Shown: positions 11,033-25,480 of the stretch, piece by piece
How positions within the stretch are numbered: the first letter of the stretch is position 1
Layout: each line of letters begins with the position of its first letter
Program-made: the position numbers and the translations under genes
Assembly (NCBI RefSeq): GCF_009914755.1
Contig: NC_060940.1
DNA from: the human T2T-CHM13v2.0 reference genome, Homo sapiens
Length of the DNA: 64,000 bases
Reading direction: 5' to 3' (one strand)
Notes under the pieces: model-generated
What the model was told of the DNA's origin: nothing
The model's input: the letters and a program-made list of their open reading frames with translations, nothing else
Databases searched by the model: none

Positions 11033-12754
11033 TAACAAAAGATTCGCCTGGCCCCTGCTTTGGCTGGGCTCCGCAGAGATAGCGCAGGCCTAGTGGACAA
11101 GGCCTCTGTCTGAACCGGGCCTATACTGTAGTGGGACAGAAAGACACCAAACAATTTGCTTTCACGGGGAAGAAAGTGGGGTGCCAAAAATAATGTGGGA
11201 GAAGGCCTTTGCATACAGGGTCAGAGACGGCCTCCCCAAAGAGATGACATTCCACAGGATTCCTGTCTGAGAAGAGCATGGGGCAGAGGAAGGGCCTCAG
11301 CCAGGGGGCTGGAGCAGGGAGGCAGGCTGTGACCCTGGAGCGGCAAAAGGACTCACACCGCAGACTCCATGGATGATGCGTGCACAGCTCAGTGAACGTC
11401 ATCCGCACAACCAGCTTCCCCACGGCCAGATAAGCCCAGACGAGCAAAGCACACACCACCCCAAGCATTCCTGCTCTGGACATGCTCGCAGGCCCCCCAG
11501 CAGCCTCCCCCGGAACCCCTGCCATGCTTCAAACTGGAGGAGAGGCCAGCCTCCCCAAGCCTACTTTCCTGGCCTCCCGCACTGCTGGGCCTAGGGCATG
11601 ACCCAAGCTGGGCCAGTCAGGTGCTCCTGCCCAAGTTTTCAAGGGACACAACTGTGACCTCAGAAGGGGTGCAAAGCCAGTCCAGGTGGACACTGTCAGC
11701 CACCTGTGTCCAAGGCGCAGTGGAGGCTGCTGCCTGACTCACTCATTCTCTGGTACCCTACTCCTGCCGCACCCTACTCCCACTTCAGAACATGCTGGAC
11801 TATCATCCCCTCCAGGAAGGCTCCTCCTGGGACACCTTCTCCCCTCTGCCCCCACCTCACAGTACTGCCCAGCATATCTTGACATAGCCCAATTCACACC
11901 CCTGCACCCCAGGCACCCAGGACAGGAGGACAAGTCTACCTCCTTCAGAAGGGTAACTCCAGGGCACGTGCACCAGAGGAACCCAGGAAGGCCTTTGGGG
12001 GCTTGCTCATCCCAAAGGGCAGGGCCAGAGGAGGAGAGCCCCAGCCTGATGCCAGCACTCCCTAAACAATATCCCAGCTGTTGCACATAGGACTGACAGG
12101 ACTGCCCCACACGCTCTGCCTGGCTCTGAGAATGGCCCTCATTGTGTCCCCGGGGCCCGCCTGGGCACCATATCCACCCGGGCTGGGCAGGCAGGCCCTG
12201 AGAAGCACAGCGGCTGGGACCAGGGCTGCGGGTGACACACGTCAGGGAGAGCTGCAGCCGTCGGATGGGTGTTGGGGTCTCCTCATTGGCTCTGCCAGCT
12301 GCCTTGGGAGCCCTGGACGTGCTGTGGCTGTCCCCAAACTCCTTCTCTGGGTCAGGCGGAAGCTGGTGTCGGCGAGTGGTAAGGGGAGATGCTGCTGCTC
12401 CAAGGAGCCTTCCCTGGTTGCCTGAAGGGACAACCCAGGAGTTCTCAGGAGCAGGGCCAGCCCAAACCAACTGCAGAGAACACTGCAGGTATCACTGCTG
12501 ACCAAAACCCTCTCTGCCAGGCCTGGCTCATATCTGGCCTGCACCCTTTCACCCAGCAAATATGACCTCAGCACCCGCAAGCCAGCACAAGGTGGGAGCT
12601 GGGAGAAAATGGCAAGAACTCCTGTTCTCTGCCCAAGACCCCAGGGTTGGGGGCAGACAAGGAAATGGGTAATAGTGCCACACTTGTCACTAAGTTCACA
12701 ATAATAAGAACAGCACAGTTCCTCCCTGCGGGAGGCAGAGCTCTTTCCCACACA

Positions 12755-12895
12755 GCCACCAGCTCATTTAACCCTCAAAACAACCCCATAAGACACGATT
12801 ACCTCCATCTTACTAGACAGGAAAACCAAGGCTCAGAAGCTCCCTGACAGCCCAGGGTCACTGAGTCCAGAAGCAGCAGAGGCCGACCCCAGGCT
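12755..12895 (-). mobile_element. MIR carrying the ME exon ATG and donor
   Basis: Plus strand ctcatttaaccctcaaaacaaccccata...acaggaaaaccaaggctcaga...cccagggtcac aligns by eye to the reverse MIR core. Confidence 0.75.
12803..12808 (-). CDS. BCAR1: Coding end of alternative first exon 'ME'
   Basis: aagATGGAG|gtaatc: good Kozak (A at -3, G at +4), phase 0. Lies within a MIR. Confidence 0.65.
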
Positions 12896-15419
12896 GAGAC
12901 ACGGTGGAGCTGGGTGGCTCCACTTTATCTCCACCGAGGGGTGACGCCTGGGTTCGTGGAAACCACCAGAGGAAATGTCACAGGCCTTTCCCACCCCTCC
13001 TGTCCACGCCCCCAACGCACACATGCACCCGCCCCAGCACAGAGCCTCGCACATAGCAGGCACTTGGGAAACACTGACTTCTTTCATACCCAGAACCATC
13101 ACAAACTTGGGCCAAGTTTATTTCTGGGGCATTCTATTTGCTTGTCCCAAAGAGCCTCCGTGGCCAACGGATGCAGGCCCAATAAGCATGCGCCCAACTG
13201 GCCATCCGCACCCGGGACCCACCTGGAGGGGTCCTGATCACCCCACTTGGTCCTGGCCTCAGGCTCTGAGGGGCACCTCCTCTTCCCTCCCCCATGTCCC
13301 CATCCTGGGTGGAACTCCAGGACCTGCCAGCCTTAGTGGCAACTTCCCCTAATACTCCCACAACAACAGGGTGGCCAGGGTCTGGGCTCAAGTCCTGGGT
13401 GCCCGGGTGGCAGGCAGCAAGGGTGTGAGCAGACTACATAGCCTGTGCACGGGGCCCACGTTCCAGAGCCACCCCAGGGGAGCATGGCTCCTATCCTGCC
13501 AGCCTTAGGAGGGCGTGAATCGTCGGAGAGGATGAGGCCGGGAAGGCGTGCAGGCCCTCAGCCCCACGCGTGACACTCAGCAGCAGGAGGGAATAAAAAG
13601 CCACCTGTGGGGTGGCCACTGCCAAGGGCTCCCCGACACAAGCACAGAGCACAGCCTGGCCTTGGCTGCAGCACCACAGCAGATGCCTTTATGCCCAGGG
13701 CCAGCTATGGGCTGAAAGCACACCCCAGTCCTCACTCCAGCCAGGGCATCCCAGGCACTGTCCCTAAGAGGCTGGGCAGAGGAGGTGGCATGGGGAGGGC
13801 TCTCCTGCTTCAGGACATGGAACCTGCAACCCAAAACACCCCACAGACAGTGCGGACGGCTGGCAGGCCCCAGGCCTATACCCCTGCAGGCAGGATCAGC
13901 GGTGTTCACTCAAGCGGACCTGCTGGAGCTCATGCTTGTGATCCGGGGTTTTGGCAGAGAGCTCGGTGTGAGGCTGACCCCTGACTTCAGGGACAGCACC
14001 AGGCCCAGAATAGGGGTAGCCCCCACCTCCAACCCCAACTGTGTCATCAAGGAGGCTAGACCCACCCCTCCACCCTACTTCTGCCCCAGGCTAGAATGTA
14101 GAGGTGGGAGGAAGTCAGGGAAGCAAGACACAGGTGGAGCCAGGGCCTCTCCTGTGCTCGGAGGGCCAGGAAGGGCCTGACAGAGGGCAGAGCCCCACCC
14201 TCTTACACGGAGACCACCCTGCAGCCCTTTATCTGGGGGCCAAGGAAGAGGCTTGCCCAGTGTCTTTGCTGGAGAAACTTCCCTATCACCCAATCCCACT
14301 CCCCACACTTCACCTCTGACTCCAAAACTGCCTCCTCTTAGAAGCCCCCCTGGAGCGCACCTCCCCTGCTGGTTGGTTCTAGCTGACCAGTTGGTTTAGC
14401 CGGCTGTGGGCTCCTGGGGGCAAGGGAAGGAGTTGTCCAGGCTCAGAAGAAAAGGGTGGTAGGACCTCCTAAAGGGACAGCAGATGCCAGGAGAGGGCCG
14501 CAAAGGCACAGCGTTGGAACCAGAGGGTTCCTACCAAGTTGACAACTCCAAAAGAGCATGGTGGTCCCCCAAGGACCAGAGCTCCCCCAATCCCAGACTG
14601 GGAATTCGGAGGCCACATGTGGTGCTGCACTGGGGGGCCATGCCAGAAGACGAGGTTCTGGATCCAATTCTGAGGACAACTGACTGTCTCTCTGTACCTC
14701 AGTGTCCCCATCTGCACCATCCGTATAATGGGAAAGGGGTTTGAGGAGCTGTCTCAGGGCCCCTCCTGTACAGACAGGAGGCCCTAGTGGCACTGTCCTT
14801 ATTTCCATCCCTCGCCTAGACCTGGGGCCATGGTACCAGTACACAGTGCTCACCCTCCTGCTCAGACAAACAGTAACGGCCAGAAGCTCCAAGCCTCCTG
14901 CCCCAGCCCAAGGTGACTTTCCTGGCAGAACCTGGGACTGCCCTGCCCTGCCCTGCCTCCACCCAGCTCCCGGGCAAGCAGTGCCAGGAGGAAGTGTCAG
15001 CAGCTCCTCCCCAAAGCTCTTTTCCCCACAGCCCCGCCACCCCCGTACCTGGGCCCCGATTCTCCAGGCACCCCGACACCTGCTCTCACAGGCCGGCCAG
15101 CCCCCACCACCCAACTCTCCACCGAGGGAAAGGAATGGGCACAAGAGGGGGCGTGTCCCGGCCCAGGGCGATGGGAAACATCTCACTAGCAAAGAAGAGA
15201 TCAACCCATGGTCATTCTGAGAAGGTGACCAAAGCTGCGGCGGGCCCCGGGAGGGGTGTGGGAAAGGAAACCAGGGACTCTCAGGAGGGAACGGGAGCCT
15301 TGTGGTAGAAAAGGAGCTGCTGTCCCCGATCTGGAACTCGAAACCCCAACATCTTCCAGGCCGTAAGCCCCTCACCCCGCACCCCTAGGCAAATCTCCGC
15401 TTTCCCAACTCCCTCACCT

Positions 15420-16760
15420 CGGTCCAGCGATCAGCCTCTCGGACCCTCGAGAGGGAGCTCCGACCCTGCTCTAGCTCTTGCGGGTCCCCCAACCATGGAC
15501 TCCAAAGCCTTCATGTCCACACTGCAGAACCCGGCCCTGGCCCCCTCCCGCGACACTCGCGTGCGGCTAGGACTCCTGTGGCCAGGACCCGGCTTCCACC
15601 GGCGCTCGGCGTGCGGGGCTGCAAAGCCCGCGGCGCGCCCGCCCCCACTCCCGCTCCGCTCCCGGAACCCCGCGCCGGCGGCCGGAGTGAATCATTAACT
15701 GGAGCCGGGTGCTCCGGCTGCGCAGCCTTCCCCGCTGGCGCCACGCACTTGCCCGCCCGGCCTCGGTCCCCCGGAGCTCCTCCCTCTCCGGGAGCCGGTG
15801 GGCAGTCCCCACGCCACACCAGCCGGACCACCCGCCAGAGGCTCAACGGCCCCTCCTCGCAGCCGAGGAAACTGAGGCTCGGAGGCAGGGCGCAGAGGCC
15901 CAAGGTGACACAGCAGGCGGCCGTCGGCCGGGGAGCGCGGGCCCCGCCAGCCACTTTCCCGACACAGGAACCCTCCTACCGGCTGGCGGCCCCCGCGCCC
16001 GGCCCCGCCAACGCACCCGAGGCGCACAGGCTCCGGAGCCCCCGCGGTTCCTGCCTCCCGGCTTCCCGGCCAGGGCAGAAGGAGATCCCAGGGCCGCGGA
16101 CCCCGGCCGGCGGTTCCCAGGCCCCGCAGGTCCGGCAGGAAATGCCGCTCGCTTAACCCCTTCCAGCCCGCTGCCGCCTCCAAGCCCGTACGCGGCCCGG
16201 CCCCACCTGGCGCCCTCACCAGGTGGTTCATGGTGTCCGGCGGGCCTGGGGCCCCGGCTCTCGCGGGGGCGCACACCGAGCTGCCCGGGCCGCGTGCCCT
16301 CGGGGCTCCGAGCGCGCCGCAGCCGCCCCGGTGCCGCCGCGCAGCTGCCGCCTCGGCCACCCAGAGCCGGTCCAGCCGCTCTCCGCCTGCCGCCACGGCC
16401 CAGCCGGCCCAGCCCGATCCCAGCATGCCCGGCCGCGCGCGCCCATTGGCCGCCGCCGCTCTCCATGCAAATAAGCCGCCTGTCGGGGGCGCGGGCGCGC
16501 AGACAGAAGCCCGCCCAGTAGGGGCCGCCCCCCGCCCCGCCCCCCACCTCCAACCCCGAGGCTCCAGGCCCCTGCCCGAGGCCAGGCTTCCAGCCTAGGG
16601 CGCAGGACACCGCTCTCCAACAAATGCACGTCCCCGCCTTCCACCCAGGCGAGAACGCACCGAAGGCCTACGCAAACTCCTCCACTTCTGGGAAGGCTGC
16701 CCGGTTTGCCTTCTTCCTCCAGAGCCGAGACATGGCCTCAAGTCGACTTGTCTTTCCCGC
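15420..16760. promoter_or_regulatory. BCAR1: CpG island / proximal BCAR1 promoter (MNHL exon)
   Basis: Very dense CpG. CCAAT (minus, 16445-16449), octamer ATGCAAAT (16465-16472), tandem GC boxes ~16528-16545. Confidence 0.9.
16220..16231 (-). CDS. BCAR1: BCAR1 canonical first coding exon (MNHL)
   Basis: gacaccATGAACCACCTG|gtgagg within a CpG island. Joined to exon 2 gives the known MNHLNVLAKALYDN N-terminus. Confidence 0.97.
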
Positions 16761-16983
16761 TAACCAACCCCAGGGCATTCATCGCGTGTCCATGGGCCGT
16801 GGGACTCAAATCTGAATCTAGAGGGAAAGGGGAGGGGGCGTGCCCCAGCCTGTAGGAGACGAATCATCACCACCACAGCTCCGACTGTAGACGGTCCCAC
16901 CGTGTAAGGACCCCAGGAAATGAAGCCTCAAGCAGGGAGGCTGGCGAGCTCTCGACCCAGCGCTTTTCACGGGCAGCACCTAC

Positions 16984-16995
16984 CTTCCCCTGCAT
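16984..16995 (-). CDS. BCAR1: Coding end of alternative first exon 'MQGK'
   Basis: acaATGCAGGGGAAG|gtaggt, phase 0, just upstream of the CpG island. Matches a recalled isoform N-terminus. Confidence 0.6.
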
Positions 16996-18722
16996 TGTGC
17001 CGACATCTGGGGACTCGGGCTGGTCCTCCAGCTGATCTGCCTCCTCTCATTACTCATTCCTAGGTTCAGCCTAAAACCTGGGCCTAGTACCCTCCTGAGT
17101 CCTGCTCCAACTCATCTGCTTCAGCGACATGGGGTAGGAGAGCGGCACTGGGGGAATGAGGGAGATAGAAGGAAGAATCACTCGGGGGAAACCGAGTGGA
17201 GACAACCTTGGCTCTCCTGAGTTGCCCCTTGCTCGGTTGCAGGTCAGTGACTGTCACCCCATGCAGCAGAACCAGGGTGCCAGAGCCCCTGGGCCAGGCC
17301 AGGGAGGCACAATCTGCAGGGAGATGATAGGACCGAGCCTGGTCCAGACCAGACAGGACCCTCAGTCAACAATCCTGGGCCACTGGCTGAGCAATGGGAT
17401 GCCACGAGGCAGCCCTGGTGGCAGGGAAGCAGCGGGGTAGACCCGGCTTCACGCAGCAGAGAATTCTCAAGCATGGCCTATGGAAGACACAAGCCCAGGT
17501 GGGCCTGCAGCTGCCCCTCTGTCTGACCCCCAGGGCTCAGCCTACGCAGCGCCTGGCCAGATGTGCCACCTTGGCAGGCCCTCTCCCCTCTCTGGGCTCC
17601 TTTCTCATCTGAAAAGGGGCTAGGACAGCCCATGATTTGCTGCTCAGGTGCTCTGGGGAGCTAGTTAAAAAACAGACTCCTGTGTCCCACCCCTCCCAAA
17701 AAACTGGACGTCTGCATTTCTTCAATATTTGGCTTGGGAAGCATTGGCCAGAACTCACAGCACAGCGGGTGAGGAAGGAGCAGTGGGATGAGACAGAGCA
17801 TGACCCAGAGTCCTCAGGAGGAACAGAACAGCTAGCCAACACCCTGTGCCTCCCCGACACAGCCCGCCTCGCCTCAGAAGAGGAGCCAGCCTTCAGGGAA
17901 GCTGCCTGGAGCATCTCCTCCTGCTTGTTCCCAAGAGCTGTGCCGGGCCCCTCCTGCACCCTGACCCTGTCCAGCCACCCACTCCTCAGCCTGGCTGGCA
18001 CACCAGCTTCCCAGAGAGCAGGTCTGAACCAGCGGGACCCTCAGGAGCCTGAGGTCATCCCTGGGCCTCCACTTCTGTGGGGAGGGGAGACCAGGCCTCA
18101 TGGGCAGGCAGTGCCCTGCTGGCAGGGCCCCAGGCAGCAGTCTCTGCAGGGACGGGCAAGGACACAAAAGGCCTGGCCCTCAAGGGAGCTGGCCCCTGCT
18201 CCATCCTAGTTGGCCAAGGAGGGCGGTGCAGAGAGGAGGTGGATGGCTGGAACCTTGGGGGATGAGACCCTCCTCCCCCAGTAGCTGCATTAGAACAGCA
18301 CTGGGGGTGGGGCTGCTGGTGTGAGCAGGAGGCAGCAAGGGAAACAGGCTCCGACACAGGCATTTCAAAAATTTGCTCCTTTTCCACTTAAATTCCCTCC
18401 CCCAAAAGCCTGTGCCTCCCAGAATGGCATTTCCGCTTTGGAAACAAGGCCCCAGAAGTTAAGCCCCACAGTGTTGATGGGGATGTAGCTGGGGGGTGGG
18501 GGAGGAGCACCCACTGGCCAGGCTCTGGCCGGGGTATATGGGGGCAGAACCTCACCCCACCCCCAGTCCAGCCTCCCGGACCTCCGCTGTCAAGGACAGG
18601 GATGCAGCCCCACATACCCAGCACAGCCTCTGCGCCCAGCCAGTGCCAGGGGCCCTATGCCCATGCATTTATTTTGTGCACACAGCAATCCTGCAAAACA
18701 GGCTCACCGTTAGCCCCAATTT

Positions 18723-18849
18723 TTTTTTTTTTTGAGATGGGGTTTCACCATATTGGTCAGGCTGGTCTCGAACTCCTGACCTCAAGTGATTCACCCACCT
18801 CAGCCTCCCAAAGTGCTGGGATTATAGGCGTGAGCCACTGCACCCAGCC
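18723..18849 (-). mobile_element. AluS left monomer only, with TSD, inserted in a MIR
   Basis: TSD tagccccaattt (18711) / tagccccatttt (18850). Confidence 0.88.
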
Positions 18850-20194
18850 TAGCCCCATTTTTCACATGAAGAGACCGAGACCCAGTTTACCAACCACTGC
18901 CCCATCCCACACATTTCGGGGCACAGAAGGGACAGGGCCAGGGAAGAAATGGGGCTGCTAGACCTCAGCCCACCCTGCAGCAGGAAGGGAATCTAGGGAC
19001 AGGGACAGCAGCACTCCAGGCTCAGAAAGCCAAACACCCCTGTCACACTCAGACTGCAAAAGGACAGGCAACTGAGACCTAAGCACCTTCCTCCCCAGTA
19101 AAACTGAGCTCAGCACTGGGGCCAGCACCACCCCCACCCCACTAAGTTTAGCCCCATTGGTGAGAAGGGGTGCAGTAAACATTTGTTGACTGGGTGGGAC
19201 CTCAGAGGTGGCCCTCATGGGATAGGCTGGCCTGGGTGAAGAAATCTGAGGCTGCCCCAGTCTGGAGGATGGGGGTGGTTAAGTCACGCCTAAGTGCAGA
19301 GGCACACACTTGCATACACACAGCACACACGCATGCGTATACACACAGTGGGACTGGCAGCAAGGAGAGACGCCCTGAATAAGGAGGAGCTGGGAGAGGT
19401 TGTTGCCAGACCAAGGGAGACAGCTGCAGATATGTGGCCGGGGCACCAGCACAGGGCCCTCCCAGACAGTTGTGTCATCCCAGGAGTGGCCTGGCACCTC
19501 CAGCCAGGTTGAAGATGAGCTCACAGGCTGGAAGGGATGTCTCCAACCCCTCAGGGCCTGGAATAGCTGTTTGTACAGAAAACAGGTGGACCCAGCACAC
19601 CAGGACACTAAGTGTCTGGAGTGGAGGGGGTTATACTGGACCCAAGTGGAAAGATAAGCCTGGGATAGGGTTCCTGCTCTTTGGGCTTTCTGAGATCTGC
19701 CTTCAGGACAGACCCACTGCACAGAACTTTTCTTGCTCAATGCTCACCAATGTCCACTGCAGCATTTATGACAGCAAAGCATGGAGCAAAACAGGCTCAC
19801 CTATCAATGCTAATTCTAGGGGACCGGTGAGACAAACCACAGCGCCTCAGTAGAATAGCTTGCAGCTATTAGATGGCCTCTTCCAAAGACTGAAATAATG
19901 CAAGAAAATGCTTACAACAAACTAAAGTGAAAAGAGCAGGCTAAAACCAGTTTGCACAGTGTAAAGGCACACAGCCCCCTCCCCTCCTGAAGCCTCGGCC
20001 TCCCAGCAGCAGGGAGGGTGGACTCGGTTGATGGCCAGCTCTGGGAGCGGCAGCAGGAGAGGATTTCCTGAGGCCGGAGGTGAGCACTGCCAGCCCCAGG
20101 AACAGGAAGAAACGGTATCTCTGGAGGGCCAATGAGAGCTGACACCATCCCCCTAGGCTGGACACTCACAGTGGCAAGCTCAAAACCAAGGCAA

Positions 20195-20852
<658 letters not shown>

Positions 20853-22152
20853 TCACTGCTGCCCTGGGACCAGGACGGAACGACGGCTACCTGGAGGCAG
20901 AGAGAGGGGCAATGCCCCACGCAGCTCCCATGGCCAGCAGAGCTCGCACCTTCCACCTCATAACCCAGGCGTGTGCCTACTGGTAAGCACCCCAGGTGAC
21001 CCCAGACCGCAGAGCATGCACTCAGGACTCAAGCTGGAGCTGTTACCATAAAGGGCTTCCCATCCTCCACTGCGGGGCAGTGTTTGTCATTACCAGTAGT
21101 GGCTCTGACTGTGGGAAGGTGGGCGGGCCCTATAGCCTGAAGCCAAATCCCTCCAGTGGTCATCCCCTTTGGCATGCCCAAGGCCAGTCCCCAGAGACCC
21201 GGGGGCAGGGGCAGTATCCAAGGTGTGTGGGCAGAGCTGCCAGGTAAGGGACACAGCACGGATGGGGGGGGGTGGGGCCTCCCTGCACTCCAAGTCCTGG
21301 CCTGCATCCCACTAAATCCAGCCCTACGCCTCCACTTCAGGCCTGTCAGAAACAGGACTGGAAGAGGCAGCACAACTTTCCAAATTATCTGGAAATTAAC
21401 AAGCAGCAGAGGCCCCTGCCGTAGGTGCCTGCCTCAGAGAGGGGCTCAGCTCACAGCCGCCCGAGGCCGGTGTGAGCCAGCAAGGCAGCCCCAGGGTGCC
21501 GTTCAGAGGCTCTCCGCCCACCCCAGCAACCCCTTCCTCTTCTGCACCCTCCTCTCTCAGCTCTCCCCTCCTGCCCAGCCTCCTGGGGCTGGCAGGTGGG
21601 GCAGGCACCAGCACAGGGCCCTCCCAGACAGGTCCTCCTGGACCAGCGGCACCCCTGTGTGCAGTGAGGAGGGGCCATGTGCACTCTGCCCCGCTGCTGA
21701 CCACCAGGTCCTCCTCCTGAATCTGCGCCCTATGGCAGAGGCAGCCCCTCAGCACTGCCTGGGGGAGGGGGAAGAGAGGGGCTCAGTCCTGGCTGGAAGG
21801 GGGAAAGAGGGGCAAAGGGGCAAGCTCTGTCCTCGTCCTCAGAGAGGAAGCTCCATGGCTGGGGGCTGCCCAGCTCTCCACTGACTGGCCGGGTGGGCAG
21901 GGATGAGGGTGTGGTCAGGAGGCCTCCCCAGCCCAACCCAGCCCAGCCATCTGCTCTCCCATGGCAACCAACCCCAGTGTACTGGGCGGAGGGGGGTGAC
22001 TTCACACATCATCTGCTGCCCACTCCCGGCCGCTTTCATAGAACACAGGGGCCCACACTCACAGATACCCACCCGGCCACTCTGCTGGGGTCAGCAGGCC
22101 AGGGGCCAGTGGAATCACAAGAGGGGACCCTGGGGGCTCTGGGTGGCAGTGA

Positions 22153-22644
<492 letters not shown>

Positions 22645-24099
22645 TAGAGGAAGGGAGCAGATATTAATGACTCCAACTCGCCGTGGGCCTTCAGCCAGTC
22701 ACTGTACTGCTCAGGTTTCAGTTTGCCCATCTGTTAAATGTACCCATGACCAGCAGCCCTGCCCACCCTGGGGCCATCAGACTGATGGCACAGGTGGCCG
22801 GCAAACACACAGCGGCACCCTAGTGTCCCACTGCCCGCAGCATACCCACACCCTGCGCCATCACACACTGGCCCCACCCCGCTGGGCACCAGGGCGCACC
22901 TTCCCTTGGCCTACCCCATGTGCTAAGCCCATCCCGCAACCAAGCCCTCCCTGCTCTCCCTACAGCCTGCATAGACACCGCTCCTCAGATGCCCTCAGCA
23001 TCCCTCACCTTCCCTGAAACCTTGTCTGAGAGACTGGGGCAAAATCTTTCCTTGGAGTTCTGCTGCCCCCAGATCCACCCGCCAACACTGGAGGCAGGCA
23101 GGGTCTCCTCTTGGACTGCCCTGAGGCAAGTAGGAAGTGGCTGGTTGCAGTCACTTTCACTATGCATGTTATAAAGCAACACTCATGCATCTGCGCCTCC
23201 TGACTGAGGTCTAACTGTTGGCAGCACTGCTGTGTAAAAGAACAGCCGTGTCCTCAGGGAACTCACACTCCAAGGTGTGTGTTAAGGGGCACAAACGTAA
23301 ACGCTTGCAAAGCAGACAGCAGAGGGATGGGGGAGGCTGTTCTACACAAGGTGCTTGGGGGCTTCTCTGCGGAGGTGACATTTGAGCAGATGTGTGAATC
23401 TTTTGCTAAGACTCATTATGCAGAAAAAAATAACAGCAAAGATTTGTAAAAATAGCACAGGCAAGCCAACTCCTTCGGCGTGAAGAGCCAGTGTGGCCGC
23501 AGGAGCACACAGAAGAAACCCAGATGCTGGGGCCAGGGACGCAGGGAGTCTCCCTCTACCCTCCTCAGGCTTGGCTCAGTGGTGTGTGCCTCCTGGGCTT
23601 AGGGCTTCCAGCGCTGGGGCAGGCGCAGCAAGGAGTGTCTGCCTGGAGGGGTGCCTTGGCAGATGGCCAGGGAAAAAAAGAGGGAGCCCAGGAATCTGCG
23701 TGGCCTGGGAAGGAGGAGGAGGAGGGACGCAGGTAGCTTCTGCTGCATCCTCTCCCGCCTCCTGCTCTCCTTAGAAACCTCCCAACCAGGACTTCTGGAG
23801 TGGTCACAGGCCCTGGCGAAACACAGATGACTCTACAGCCTAAGACACTTAACCTCCCAGATAACCTGCAAAGAGGCAGTTTAAACTCTAGGACACCTGG
23901 TGAGGTCTGGGACAGGGAGGAGTGTGGTCATACCACTTTCTGGGCAAACAAGCAACTTTGGTAGATCCAGGATTTGGGAGCACAGATCTCTAGGCATGCC
24001 TCAAGGCATACAATTGGATATCAGGTTTTATAAAATACTTAAATGGGTATTTTGCCAACAATAGTGCCAGTGTTCCGCTACTTAATAACACACAGCACA

Positions 24100-25480
<1,381 letters not shown>

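Noticed and set aside
13986-14000. REST/NRSE-like ttcag-ggacagcacc
   Set aside because: Only the right half-site matches; the left half is truncated and the spacer is missing.
14443-16644. Overlapping 190-310 aa ORFs on both strands
   Set aside because: Stop-poor GC-rich/CpG-island sequence with low-complexity A/G/P/R products; only MNHL has gene support.
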